Assembly: GCF_006345805.1 (NCBI RefSeq)
Contig: NC_043006.1
Location: forward strand, 7,130,001-7,194,000
Origin: Octopus sinensis
Lineage: Eukaryota
Reading direction: 5' to 3'
Length of the DNA: 64,000 bases
How positions within the stretch are numbered: the first letter of the stretch is position 1; each line of letters begins with the position of its first letter. Both the position numbers and the translations under genes were made by a program. Positions 1 to 13,186 of the stretch are shown here, in pieces. The notes below the pieces were generated by a model that saw only the letters and a list, made by a program, of their open reading frames with translations, was not told where the DNA came from and searched no databases.

Positions 1-196
1 TTTCACAAATAATATATATATACATATGTATGTATGAATGAATGAATGTATGTATTTATGTAGGTGTATATATATTTATGTGTGTGTGTGTATTTATAAA
101 TATAATATATATATATATGTGTGTTTGTGTGTGTGTGTGTGTATTTATAAATATAAATAAATATATATATATATATATGTATATATGTATTTATAA

Positions 197-280
<84 letters not shown>

Positions 281-1373
281 CGTGTGTATTTCTTAATTCA
301 TTTATCTGATATGCCTAGAACCCCCCGACGCGTAGTATGTTAATGAGAACAGTATAATGATGTTGAGAAAAGCAGAAAATATCCCGTAATGATAAGCGGA
401 AGATTGCATACGATTTGTTGGACTATTAGACAGCAGGTATATAATTTACTGCCGTCTACAAGCAACTCAATATATTCCAGTCCCCAGCCATGTGGCTTTA
501 GATAAAGCATGCAAGAGGTGGAAGAGATAACGGTTGTTACGTGTTGAATATTGTAATAATGCTATTTATTGAAAGGAGTTTATAATGCTACACAGAAATG
601 CAGTAGTCATTCAGGACGGAAGTTGATATTGTGGATGATGAAAACGTTAGCTGTAACGTGCTTTTAATTAGAAATTGATATTATGAACTAGCGAAATAGT
701 GAAATTAGATTGTGGGGGGAAATGAGAAATTTACGTGTTGCTGAGAGAAATACCAATGCCAAATCGAAATAACAAATATAAAATACCGAAAATGCACCAT
801 GGTGATATTATCGTCCCAGGCACACGAATGCTCTCTACCAAAGACAACCCGTAGTTTTACAGAATAATGAAAATAATGCAGAGTTCGTTCATTCCCAGTT
901 TGAATGTTACGTGTGTATGACAATAGTTCAAATATTCATCTAAAGTAAATTTCATTTTGTAATGTGCACCAAAATATTGTATAACCCGGGGTTTTGAAAA
1001 CCTGTTCGTTGGTTATTTGTATTAAGGTCTTTGACAATTTTAGACATGGCCATTTGCAATTTACGTATTGCGCTTAGAATTCGCTTTTGCTAATTGTGTT
1101 TATGCATTAGGAAACTGTCACCAGCAACAGGATTTCTGTTGCATTATAACATTATTATGTGTATGTACAGAGCAGCGGTAATGAATTATAGAATTCATGA
1201 GGATATCTACGTCCTTGGAAAAACAATTCTGTTTTTTTTTTTAATTTCATCCTCTACATAGTTAAATATATTCTATTATTCATTACTAATTTTTTCAATT
1301 ACTCTTACTTTGTCCATAATGACTACCATTGCATTGCTTAGTATTTTTTAATATGTAGTATTAGATATAATAC

Positions 1374-1605
1374 CTATTTCTTTACTAACCACAAGGGGCT
1401 AAACACAGAGGGGACAAACAAGGACAGACAAACGGATTAAGTCGATTGGATCGACCCCAGTGCGTAACTGGTACTTAATTTATCGACGCCGAAGTGATGA
1501 AAGACAAAGTCGACCTCGGCGGAATTTGAACCCAGAACGTAACGGCAGACGAAATACGGCTACGCATTTCGTCCGGAGTGCTAACGTTTCTGCCAGCTCG
1601 CCGCC
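1374..1605 (-). mobile_element. tRNA-headed SINE, family A (GGCGGCGAGCTGGCAG...GTAAAGAAATAG), full length
   Basis: Reverse complement of the ~230-bp unit recurring at 3260, 4882, 9642, 15385 and 53450. 13-bp TSD TTAGATATAATAC at 1361-1373 and 1613-1625. Confidence 0.9.
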
Positions 1606-1629
1606 TTTTTTTTTAGATATAATACATTA

Positions 1630-1830
1630 AGGCGGTGATCAAGTAGAACCGTCAGAACATCGAGCAAAATGCATCGCGACGCTTCGTCTCTCTTTACGTT
1701 CTTAATTCAAATTCCGAGGGGATCGACTTTGCCTTTCGGTATTTCTGGGTCGATTAAATAGGTACCAATTGAACACTGTGGGGGGGGGGGGTCAATAATT
1801 TTCACTAGTCCTCACCTCCGAAATTAAACT
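1630..1830 (+). mobile_element. Older diverged SINE, family A/B head and core
   Basis: Degenerate AAGGCGG head plus TTCAAATTCCG..GATCGACTTTGCCTTTC core shared with the family A copies. Confidence 0.7.
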
Positions 1831-1834
1831 TCGG

Positions 1835-2090
1835 CAATGCTGGGGCACCGCTTTGAATGGTTTAGTGGAATGAATCGACACCAATACTTATGTTTCTTTG
1901 TTTACCTGGTATTTATGTGATTAGTCTCTTTTCGCTGAACCACTAAGTGATGGGGATGTAAACGATCCAGCATTTGTTGTCAAATGGGTGGGAGGGAACG
2001 AACAGATGAAATTAAAGACATACACACAGTGGGTCTCAACCTGGATCCATGTCACTGGGAAGAAAGCTTCTTACCACCCAGTCACGCCTT
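1835..2090 (-). mobile_element. Diverged SINE, family F
   Basis: Degenerate match to the family F copies at 39962 and 48254 (GCTGGGGCACCGC, CGCTGAACCACTAAGT..GGGGATGTAAAC, CTTACCACCCAGTCAC). Confidence 0.55.
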
Positions 2091-2123
2091 TTCGATTATG
2101 CATATATATATAATATATATATG

Positions 2124-2215
<92 letters not shown>

Positions 2216-3197
2216 GCATATATACACACACACATATATATATATATATATACATATATATATGTGTATATATATATATATATATAATTTATATATATAT
2301 ATATACATATACATATACATACATACATACATATATATATATAAACACATATATATCAATCATCTACACATGTTTGTCATGGACTAAAATAATCATTTCA
2401 TAAATACTCTTATTTAATATTTAATACACATACAACGCGCACATACAAAGGAACGAAGTACTCAATACACACAAATAAGTATATTTTTATACATACAAAT
2501 AGTTCTAAGTGATTGCTTTGCAAATCTATACAACACGTGAAGTAAAGATTATTTATATCAACTGGTTGTAAAAACGTTCAAATTTACGATGACACATTAT
2601 CTAATTGAAATTCATGGAGAAAAAATGAGAAAAATCCTTTTTTCCAGGCCTTATAAGAACTAAATTGACTCTGGAAAGAAATAAGAAAATTACAAGACAA
2701 ATGTTAAGAACTGCGAAAAACAAAAGACTAACGCGACTTAATCAAGATGAGTTACAAATTAGATTAAACTGTGACGAAAAGAGAAATATATTTAGCAAGC
2801 CTATAAAAACATTTTCTTGAAAGACAAAATTGAAACGTAAGAAAAGCTGATGAAAGTTTGTTGTTTGGGAGATTGATTGCATTTTCTATTTAAAGCGACT
2901 CCTCATTTTCTCATGAAATACAATGTACGTTTGGAATTGAACAGACAACCTGAAATAAAACTTACATTGGATAAGCTAAATAAAATGTGAAGTGAATAAG
3001 TAGGTCTATATGGGAGAGGATATCAAGAAAGCTAAGAAGGAAGCTTAAAATAGCTTAGCATATTCGCAGATGGTATAGCTTTATTGAAATAATGTGAAAA
3101 TATTGCTAAACTACGAAACAGAATGCAAACATAATAGATATTCTAATAGATATTCATAAGATATTCTAATTGGAATTGCACAAGAGGCAAGTGGATA

Positions 3198-4678
3198 TAG
3201 AAGGGTTAGAAAAAATAATGATAACACCTTAAAATTTCAAACATATTAATTTTAATATATATTTCTTTACTACCCACAAGGGGCTAAACACAGAGGGGAC
3301 GAACAAGGACAGACAAACGGATTAAGTTGATTATATCGACCCCAGTGCATAACTGGTACTTAATTTATCGACCCCGAAAGGATGAAAGGCAAAGTCGACC
3401 TCGGCGGAATTTGAGCCCATAACGTAGCAGCAGACGAAATACGGCTACGCATTTCGCCCGGCGTGCTAACGTTTCTGCCAGCTCGCCGCCATTATCTTAA
3501 TATAGAGTAAGAACGCATTTGGTAGTAATTACAGCTTGAATTCCTCGTACAAAGTTTGAATTGTTTCCAAAGGAAATTTTGTCCATTCTTCAGCAAATAG
3601 AGTCTCCAGTGATGACGGTGGAGGATATCGAGTCCTTACTTGTTTTTCTAAAACGGACTATAAATGTTCAATAATATTGAGATCTGTGGACTGTGGTGGC
3701 CAGATGTTCAACTTCACTAGAATGTTCCTCATGCCATTTAGCTGTATGAATTGGTACATTATCATCCTGAAAGACTGCATTTCCCTCCCTCCGGAAACAG
3801 TTCCACAACTATAGCATGAATTTGATCAGAAAAATGCTTAAAAAGTCTTGACTATTAATTCTGCCATGAAGGGTAACCATTGGGCCGGCGGTTTTCCAAG
3901 ATGTAGTCCACCCCCAGATCATCACAGATCCTCTTCCATGTTAAACAGTTGGAAGAAGGCAGTCTAGATCAAATGCTTCTTTTGGCTGACTTCACCCGTA
4001 TACTCGGCCGGTGGTGGGAAATAAGGTAAAGGAAATAAGGTAAAGGATGACACGTCCAAGACTAAATCTGTAGGTTTTTTTACTCCACTCTAAACGCTTT
4101 GCAATGTTTATTTTTGAAAGTAGTAGTTTTATATCTGCAGCTCTCTCGTGAAGTCTGGCTTTGTGCAGCTCCTGGCGAACAGTTTTTGTGGAAACTGGGT
4201 TCTCGCGGTGGTCATTAAACTCTGCAGTAATTTTGGGAGCTGTACTTTTGCGATACGTTCTAACAATTCACGTAAGAGTCTGACGGTCGCTATCTGAAAG
4301 TTTTGGTTTTCTTCCGGAGTTTTGTTTCGACGGGGAGTTTTTTCCCACTTTTTCAAAGGATGGCGTTAATTTCGAGACAGTACTTCTTAATACAACGAAC
4401 ATTTCGGCTGTTTTCGTTACGCTAGCGCATGTCATACGAGCACCAACAATTTGACCTCTTTGAAAGTTCGATAGATCTGTCATTTTAATGAATTTTAATT
4501 CCTTTTTTTCTGATGATATGTGAAAAGAAACAGCAATTTTAGCACAACATACTAAGCAACACTAATAATAAATAAAAAAAAACATAAAACATAAACAAGC
4601 TTTTGACAGTTTTAAAGATATTTCAAAATTATGATTTTGTGACGCTAGATATTTCCATTATTTTGTCCAACCCTTGTG
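3198..4678 (-). mobile_element. Tc1-family (DD34E-type) DNA transposon relic with degraded transposase
   Basis: Imperfect TIRs TAGAAGGGTTAGAAAAAATAATG (3198) and CATTATTTTGTCCAACCCTTGTG (to 4678), each flanked by TA. N-terminus MTDLSNFQRGQIVGAR...SGRKPKLSDSDR (ORF 4268-4483). C-terminal minus-strand translation FQDDNVPIHTAK..WPPQSTDLNIIEHL, with frameshifts and a stop. Confidence 0.9.
3260..3490 (-). mobile_element. Family A SINE nested in the Tc1 element
   Basis: Full-length reverse-complement copy lying between the left TIR and the transposase 3' end. Confidence 0.9.
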
Positions 4679-4881
4679 TAAGTTGAGACTTTAATGGGTC
4701 AAATTAAAAGGACGCATGAAAGACAAGGAACAATAAGTGCTAATCGTGATGCACTTGAAAAACTTTGCACGTCGGCTACCTGAAAGTTATGGAGAGTTAG
4801 TGAACGTGTGTGCCCTTCCCAGAATTGGAAGGCACTGAATGACGTGACTGATTGATTGATTGATATCAATATAGAATTTAA

Positions 4882-5112
4882 GGCGGCGAGCTGGCAGAAA
4901 CGTTAGCACGCCGGGCGAAATGCGTAGCCGTATTTCGTCTGCCGGTACGTTCAGAGTTCAAATCACGCCGAGGTCGACTTTGCCTTTCATCCTTTCGGGG
5001 TCGATAAATTAAGTACCAGTTACGCACTGGGGTCGATGTAATCGACTTAATCCGTTTGTCTGTCCTTGTTTGTCCCCTCTATGTTTAGCCCCTTGTGGGC
5101 AATAAAGAAACA
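4882..5112 (+). mobile_element. Family A SINE, full length
   Basis: GGCGGCGAGCTGGCAGAAACGTTAGCAC head. 15-bp TSD GATATCAATATAGAA at 4862-4876 and 5113-5127. Confidence 0.92.
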
Positions 5113-7809
5113 GATATCAATATAGAACTATAAATTTCTAAAATTGAAATTGTTTCGAATAAAAATGAAGGTAAGGGTTGGAGAATTTACATGATTATTC
5201 TGAGGTACCCGCATATAGTCTTACTTGTGATCGAAAAGGAATAATTACAAAACGCATTAATTATTCAGTATTTATTAAGAGACGTGTATGCAACCATGCC
5301 AAGTGTTCTGTGTAATATTTTTATTCTTATAAATGCGTTTACAACATCTCTGAACATTTAAATATTATGAATCTATCAAGATATTTTATTTATCTATTCA
5401 TGTATGCAAAAGCCGGACGCATGAATAAAACAGGCTCATTTAGAATATAATGAAAATTCTTAAAACGAATTTATTCTGTAATAATCAAAACATCCAGGTA
5501 TATGGAGGCTATTATGGTACAATTTGTTCAGTTGCCCTTTGAATCTTCGCTTTTAAAATACACGTCCTATACTATATAACAGTAAATAAATCTTCTGATT
5601 AAATAAATACCAAAGGAACTTGTGTACATCACCGCAGATTCTCTCATTATATCGGTCTGAAAACAAACAGTCTTGAAGACAGAGAGGTAGTGAACGCCAG
5701 AATTATTTGCACCGAGGAAAACTCGTGAGATAAAAACGAACAAGAACAAAGAATATTTGTTAATTGATGTGGTAACATCAACTGAGTTTACAATAATGAG
5801 CATTAACTTAGTAAAAAACTACATATTTCTAAAACAGAGATTAAAATGTAAAGAAAGAAGACACATGAGAAAGTTAATAAGAGATTGATATTAAAGTGGA
5901 CCTACATCAACGGTACCATGATATTTAACCCTAACATGCTCGAGCACAAATTATACCACCTGTACAATATATGAAATATAAAGAGATAAAAGCAAATTAA
6001 TAGGTAACAGAACGGAAGACGGTAGTGATATTATTACTATTATACATACAAAAAAAGAAAATAAAAGAGAAAGAAGTGGAACTGACGACGATAAGTAAAA
6101 GTAGCAACAATTGTGTAAAAACTATCAAGGCTGGCGACCAAAAGCGATGGCTAGGGAAATCACGAAAAAGTTTTTAAGAATCCCAGTTGGAGATGGGGAA
6201 GTGGGAAAAGCATTCGGAGGTTACCATCCATCACTCTACCGACAACTGCTGCCAACAATATATATATATATACAATGACTACGCTTCAAAATTGATTTAT
6301 TTTCCCAATTGATAATTTCTTTCATAACTTCCAACAAAGACATAAACAGGTTAGTTCCCTTGTGACTCCGTCAAATGTCGCCCCTACGTCTATGGATGCG
6401 AATCATTCGAGGTACATAGTTTTAAATGTCGATATTAACGTACATTAGCAATTCACTTTACTTGCAGTGCCAATTCCTTTGAGATAGGCTCTAACGTATA
6501 ACAAGCTAGCTTTCCTTCAAATATGTCGGCTTGATTCTAAGTGAAAAATCAATATTATTTCATACATAAAATATAATTATTTAAAATAGGGACTTTTCTA
6601 AATCTATTTTCGTACTCTTTATTCCCTAATGTATGAGAACTTAAAACTTAAGCATATGTTAATGAAAATAATTAACTTATATAATTGAGAATAATGCAAG
6701 AACAAATGAAACCATCAAATGTTTCAGTATCCGTGAATGTAATAGAGCTCTCTATTGTAAGGAAACTACAGAAATTGTAAACAGATCTACATATTTAGAA
6801 AGGTATGCAACTTATTTACTCTGGTTATGGAAACTTAAGAATTGTTTGTGAATTACTCTTTCACTAAAAATTATCATATATTTCAATTGTTGCAGAATTG
6901 AAGTTCATGAATAATAATTGATAATCAGTTTTTCTTGTGTTCCCTTGGAAAACCGCCAGTAAAAGGCGTTAAGGTTATTTCACTATCAGATTTCCTATTC
7001 ATAGAGTTTATATAAAAACATATTTTAAATGGAAGGTTTACGTTTAGCAAACCTCCCACTGATATGCAGAGTATTTTTACCGTATTTCATATCATAGCAA
7101 AATGTTAATCTATTTCTCGCAAATATATATTTTTATAAAAATTCCACAAATGTAATAAACCTTCATACATGATTGGTTTTCTGCATTTTTATTCAGAAAA
7201 CGTGATATACGCGTGTGAGGACTTGAACAAAAGTATCCAGGGGTGGATGGTAAATAGAAAATAAAGAATTATCTGAATCCTTCAGCTGTATCTGTCAACT
7301 TTTCTCTTGGAAAAATGAAATATTTAGAATACTCAACTTAAAAGTATTGCCTAATACCCATTATATAGAAATATTTATACACACAGGCACAAACACACAA
7401 ACAAATACACTCGCATGCGCACACACGTATTTGTATGTATATACATACACAATTAATTCGTTTCACATTTGATTTTCTATTGTGTGTTACGAGGAACTAT
7501 GTTGCGAGCTTTATCTATTCGACCGTTGTTCTAAAATGTTTGCTTTTATAGGGAGACTGTTCCTCAGGTCGCTACCAGCTAAAGTGCAGTTTGATTCAGG
7601 TTGATTCAGGTTGCGTCAAATATTTTGTCCAGTGGATTTGTCACATGACAGAATGATAGCTAAAAAGTATGAACATCGAGTCTGAATTTCTATTTACTTC
7701 TGTTGATATACACAAAGTAGCAGTATTCTACTGAAATCATTCTCTAAAATATGAGTCCCTTATGTTTTCCTTTGGTCTTAAAAACAAACGCCATCCCATA
7801 TATGCGGAT

Positions 7810-7915
7810 ATGTATGTATGCATGTATGTATGTATGTATGTATGTATGTATGTATGTATGTATGTATGTATGTATGTATGTATGCATGTATATGTGTGTT
7901 TGTGTGTGTGTGTGT
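7810..7915. repeat. (TATG)n/(TG)n microsatellite
   Basis: Directly visible; source of the YVCM-repeat ORFs. Confidence 0.95.
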
Positions 7916-7943
7916 ATTTGTATTATCGAATGTATTATCGAGT

Positions 7944-8305
7944 GGGGGTGCAATGGCCCAGTGGTTAGGGCAGCGGACTCGCGCTCATAGGATCGCAGTT
8001 TCGATTCCCAGACCGAGTGTTTGTGAGTGTTTATCGAGCAAAAACAACTAAAGCTCCGGCAGGGGTGGTGGTAAACCCTGCTGTGCTCTTTCACTACAAC
8101 TTTCTCTCACTCTTACATCCTGTTTCTGTTGTACCTGTATTTCAAAGGGACAGCCTTATCACGCAGAATCTCCCCCGGGAACTGCGTTAAGAGTACACGT
8201 GTCTGTGGAGTGCTCAGGCCACTTGCACGTTAATTTCACGAGCTGGCTGTTCCGTTGATTCGGATCAACTGGAACCCTCGTCGTCGTAAGTGACGGAGTG
8301 CCAAC
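7944..8305 (+). mobile_element. tRNA-headed SINE, family C (~380 bp)
   Basis: GCAATGGCCCAGTGGTTAG (A-box-like) and GGTTTCGATTCCC (B-box-like) head. Body and tail match the copies at 32516 and 34674. Confidence 0.9.
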
Positions 8306-9641
8306 AAAAATTACCGAATGGACTCTTTGCTTGTGAATGCACATTCATAATTGCTGCGTAATTGCCTGCTAACTTTTGCTAGTGTGAGTTTATTATTTGA
8401 TCATGTATTTTGGAACTTGTGCGACAATCACACACATACAAATGGCCATGTATTGCTAAACAGTAGGACAAACACTTTACTGAATTTCGTATATAATGTA
8501 GTTTGAGAGAATATGAGCTGTTTCATTATTTCTATTGTGTAATTTGAAAAGATTTTCCTGTCAGAATATTTTTGTAGTAAAAATATCTTGTTTTATCGGC
8601 TATGGTTCTGCGTTGGACTTATGCTAAAGTCGTTTTAACAAAACAAAAAAAAGAGAAAATACTATCGTTATGTCTTCGATAAAACTATTTTCAGCAAATG
8701 AGATATTTTATTCTAGTAATTGTTGCCTTTTGCATTCGAGAATTTCTGTATAATCCAACATTGCAGGGTTATCAAAGGGGTTGTCTACAAATATTATACA
8801 ATAATCCGGCAAAGAGACAGAGAGAGAAAAAAAACACATTAACCAACAGGGAGATGGACCGACAACATGGACAGACAGAGATAGAGAGAGAGACAAAGAC
8901 AGGAATACAGAAGAACAGAACGGTCACAGGTACAGACAGAAATAGATATAGAAAGATTGGTGAGAAAGAAAATCTATTGAGCAAAACAGGAAACGATTCT
9001 TTTGGTGGTTAAATATTCAGTGGCTCTCCAATAGTAGAGCGCTCCTAAATTCGTCATTGTTATGTGCGGTATTTTATCGGATTTTCTGTGTTCTTTTTTG
9101 TTTTGTTTTACGTAAATGGATGAATTATTAATGTAATCGAAAGTAAATCTAACACGCCGGTCGCAAACAATCACGAAATAGTTGTAGACTTCATCTATTT
9201 TTATTGTTTTAGCAAATTCCAGCTTCTAAATACATCGAATGTCGCGTCTCATAAGTTAATACTACAGGACTTTAATTATTTAAGAGATGTCCAACATACC
9301 TTTTTCTATAGTGAGACGAAAACATTTTATTGTTTCATTTTGTCTACAGCAGAATCGAGATATACCTACAGAATTTATTTACAACTAATGTTTTTTGATT
9401 AGTGAAATTTGTCCTACATTAGATATTCATGAATCTTCACTGTCAAACCTTACAATCAAACCTAGAGCATGAAGAATAGGTGTCGCCTATAGGAACTTAT
9501 CAAAGGCATACAATTCTTTGCAGAGAAAGAAAAAATAAATGACACCCCAAGTAGTTGAGCGAAAATATCCTGCCGGTGCATGAATGAAATTAGTTTTATA
9601 CTATCACCATTATACCTACAATGTATGTTTGATATTCCTAA

Positions 9642-10048
9642 GGCGTCGAGCTTGCAGAAACGTTAGCACGCCGGGCGAAATGCGTAGCCGTATTTCGTCT
9701 GTCTTTACGTTCTGAGTTCAAATTCCGCCGAGGTCGACTTTTCCTTTCGAGGTCGATAAATTAAGTACCAGTTACGCACTGGGGTCGATGTAATCGACTT
9801 AATCCGTTTGTCTGTCCTTGTTTGTCCTCTCCATCTTTAGCCCCTTGTGGGTAGTAAAGAAATAGGTATTTCGTCAGTCTTTACGTTCTGAGTTCAAATT
9901 CCGCGAGGTCGACTTTGCCTTTCATCCTTTCGGAGTCGATAAATTAAGTTCCAGTTACGCACTGGTGTCGATATATTCGACTTAATTCGTCTGTCTGTCC
10001 TTGTTTGCGTCCTGTGTGTTTAGCCCCTTGTGGGTAGTAAAGAAATAG
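9642..10048 (+). mobile_element. Dimeric family A SINE (full unit plus 5'-truncated second unit)
   Basis: Unit 1 9642-9865; unit 2 9866-10048 starts at internal GTATTTCGTC. One 15-bp TSD GTATGTTTGATATTC (9623-9637, 10049-10063) flanks both units. Confidence 0.9.
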
Positions 10049-10830
10049 GTATGTTTGATATTCTTAATTTAAAGTAACTTAACTGATGAATTCTTAAATG
10101 AGATAATGTTTTAATAAGCTCTTCTTATTTCTAAAAATTTAAGTTATTGCCACCCAAGTACATCATTTACGCATCCAACGAAATTCACATACTATATATT
10201 TCCTCCTCTGACAAATCGAACATGCATAGTGGATATTGATTTTGAATGCGTAAATCATCATTCCCTGATATATATTGCATATCTTTGAAGAACCAAAAGG
10301 AACAAAATCGCTTGTCCAAGTTTCTACGCTTAAAAGTCTCTCAGAATCCTGAAGTGACCATTTGAAGGAACTTTATGTTACTAACATTTCATATAAATAC
10401 TTCACACCAGATTACGAGACTGTCACTAGAATGCTATCAGCTACAGTCAATGCCCAACAAAGGAGAAATAATTCAGTGAACAAATATAGATTGTCACAAA
10501 TTGTTTGTGTGAAAGAAAGTTGGAGGTAATGAAAGGACAAACATGAATACCTTCAACTGCTACTGGATGTCCCTGTGCCGTGTACAGTTCAAATATTTGT
10601 GTTTTGTTGCTACTCTTTCTATTACAGCAGCGCCAAATTGTGGGGATGAGGAGAACCAGATAAAGCAGGGCGATGATGATTGGGATTCGTAACTGTCATC
10701 CTCATAATAGAGGTGATAGTGATGAGGATTATAAGGATAATGTGAATGAGAATGCTCAGCACGATGATAGAGTTCGAAAAGGCTTATAGATGCGATAAAT
10801 GGATTTTTGGTTCCGTGTATTGCTCAATGA

Positions 10831-11090
10831 GTGGAGGCGCGTGGTTTAGTGGTTAGGGTGTCAGCATCATGATCGTAAGATTGTGGTTTCGATTCCTGGA
10901 CCGGGCGACACGTTGTGTTCTTGAGCAAAACACTTCATTTCACGTTGCTCCAGTCCACTCAGCCGGCAAAATTGAGTAACGCTGTGATGGACTGGCGTCC
11001 AATCTAACTGGGGAACACATACGCCATTGAAACCGGGAAACCGGGCCCATGATCCTGGCTAGGCTTTAAAAGAGTGCATTTATTTATTAT
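10831..11090 (+). mobile_element. tRNA-headed SINE, family D
   Basis: GGAGGCGCGTGGTTTAGTGGTTAG head, GGTTTCGATTCC B-box, TTGAGCAAAACACTT core. 13-bp TSD TATTGCTCAATGA at 10818-10830 and 11091-11103. Confidence 0.88.
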
Positions 11091-12551
11091 TATTGCTCAA
11101 TGAAGCTCTCCCATCCTACATCTTTTTTTTTCTTAATTTTAATTCTTTACAGCATCCTCATGTTCCACATCTTTTGTTACAGCTGACATTAAAATGACTC
11201 GGGATAAACACGAGCCTGTTGTGTAAAATGTCATGAATGTTTGTCAAAAATTCTTTCACGTTTATATTATTAAAAATCCAATTAATACAATGCTAATATT
11301 GAAAATATGAATTATTGAGAGAAATTGGAGATTCCTAGAATATTCTCTCGGAGCAACCTGACAATCATTTAGATGAATTAGTGGTTGGTCCGTTACGATT
11401 ATCAAATACACTACACATCCTCCCTCACACGAAATTGATTGCAATTATGCGTTGGTCAAGCTGTCGGAATCACCAGTTGCATTCTTCTGTCAGTAAAATT
11501 ACACTGTGCAATGTATATGCCAGTAACATGTTTATCCATAATGATTATTGTATTATTGTGCAGGCAAGGGAAAACGGACAAAAAGCGATTTAGTGAATGC
11601 TCAAATTAAGTGTAAATTCCCGGCTAGGGAATTAATACGTCTAGATCGAATTCTCTCAGAAAATTAGAAAAATTATACTAAAATGGGTCATGTAGGAGGA
11701 AATTTTATCGGCCGTTTATAGTAATACAAATTACTACAAAATAACAGATGGGCAAGCTTACGTAATTTCCTTTATACATCACTTAATGCTTGGAGTAGGT
11801 GATGGAGATGCATCGATAACGAATATAATGTCGAGAATGAGAACTCATTAACATTCTCAATGATTCAGTGAAAGCGCTGAATGGGTTCGATGAAAGTTTT
11901 CTAATCAGATGTCTTGTCTTCTTCTAAATAGCGATCTTCATTGATTTCACTTCATGGTGTGGAAAGGAAATATTCATAACAATCCAAGAATCGATGTTTT
12001 CAATAGAATAAAATAATTTAACGCGTATAGAAAGTAAATGGTATAATTCAAATGTACACACGGCAGTTGCGTAATTACCTGTTATTAGACAATGTTTTAT
12101 TAATAGCATGCACGTGATTGGTAAATGTGAGATTGTGTTCTTTTTTATTGATGTAGTATTAAATTACTAAAATTAAGATGCGATATACAATACAAGATGT
12201 AGAAGTAAAATAATGAAAAATGTTCCAGATCCTGCTAGCATGCAAAATCGGTGAAAGGATTTTTTCTGTTTCCTGTCCCTTTCCGGTACCACGTGATCAT
12301 CGTATTTCTCTTTTCCCCCATCCTTTCCCATGTTCACCCCTGATCTATTCAGTGATTCTCTCTTGGGCTCTCATCTTAGCGTTCAGTTTTAGCCCCAGGT
12401 TTGTCTCATTGTACCGCATTTCGTTCTATTTGTCTATCTATTTTCCTATCCATCCTCTTTTCTATCCTTCTATATCTTTACTTTTCTTGCCCTTATTCTT
12501 GCCCTTATTCGGTCGTCATTTGTCGCTTATCTCACCGTCCTTTACGTCCAT

Positions 12552-12835
12552 TCATTTATCCCGACAGCATAAATTACATTTCGTGCTCCCAATGTTATAT
12601 GGTAAAGGCCTTCTAATTATTTTCCGTTTGGGCATTGAGTTTTGTGTTTCTATGTTTTAAGGACGAGATGAAGCCACCCAGGCTTGCGCTATACATTTTA
12701 TTTCTATCCTTAAAAGAACAATGATTAAAACTCAATCTCATGACCCTATGTAATAATTCGAAATTCCATGACGAAGTACCGTGTATAATTAAATGTCGGA
12801 GGATTCCACCACGCAATCCACATCATGCGGGATAT
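12552..12835 (-). mobile_element. Penelope-like element relic, GIY-YIG endonuclease C-terminal region
   Basis: Minus-strand frameshifted translation YYIGS..RLSFNHCSFKDRNKMYSASLGGFISSLKHRN..RKIIRRPLPYNIGSTKCNLC resembles the PLE GIY-YIG C-terminus (R..NH..SF, Y......CxLC). Confidence 0.7.
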
Positions 12836-13077
12836 GAGGAAAAAGCTTAGAATATCATCAGGAACATTTAAATTCCAATCTCAAGTACAAACCAGAGTGG
12901 TTTCACCTGGTCTTTAAAAGATAAAAACGGCTTACACATTTGCATGAATTTGTATTATGAGAGCGATGAATCAAGTACTATACAGAGAAAGGAGTTCGAA
13001 ATTTGTGTCTTGTATCGCTGGAATTTGAAACATACAATGTCTTCAACGGGTTTTCTTTTATTTATATCTAATATATA

Positions 13078-13124
<47 letters not shown>

Positions 13125-13146
13125 TATTATATATATATATATATGA

Positions 13147-13186
<40 letters not shown>

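Noticed and set aside
330-545. Minus-strand open frame with a hydrophobic stretch (CLIVQQIVCNLPLIITG), vaguely GPCR-like
   Set aside because: Short, bounded by stops, no diagnostic GPCR motif and no convincing splice sites.
8698-9012. ORF starting with signal-peptide-like MRYFILVIVAFC
   Set aside because: Runs into (GA)/(GACA) low-complexity sequence, with no good donor and no recognisable domain.
10628-10692. Possible terminal exon APNCGDEENQIKQGDDDWDS* with a WASP-like acidic end
   Set aside because: Sits in GAT-rich low-complexity sequence and no upstream WH2/C-region exons were found.
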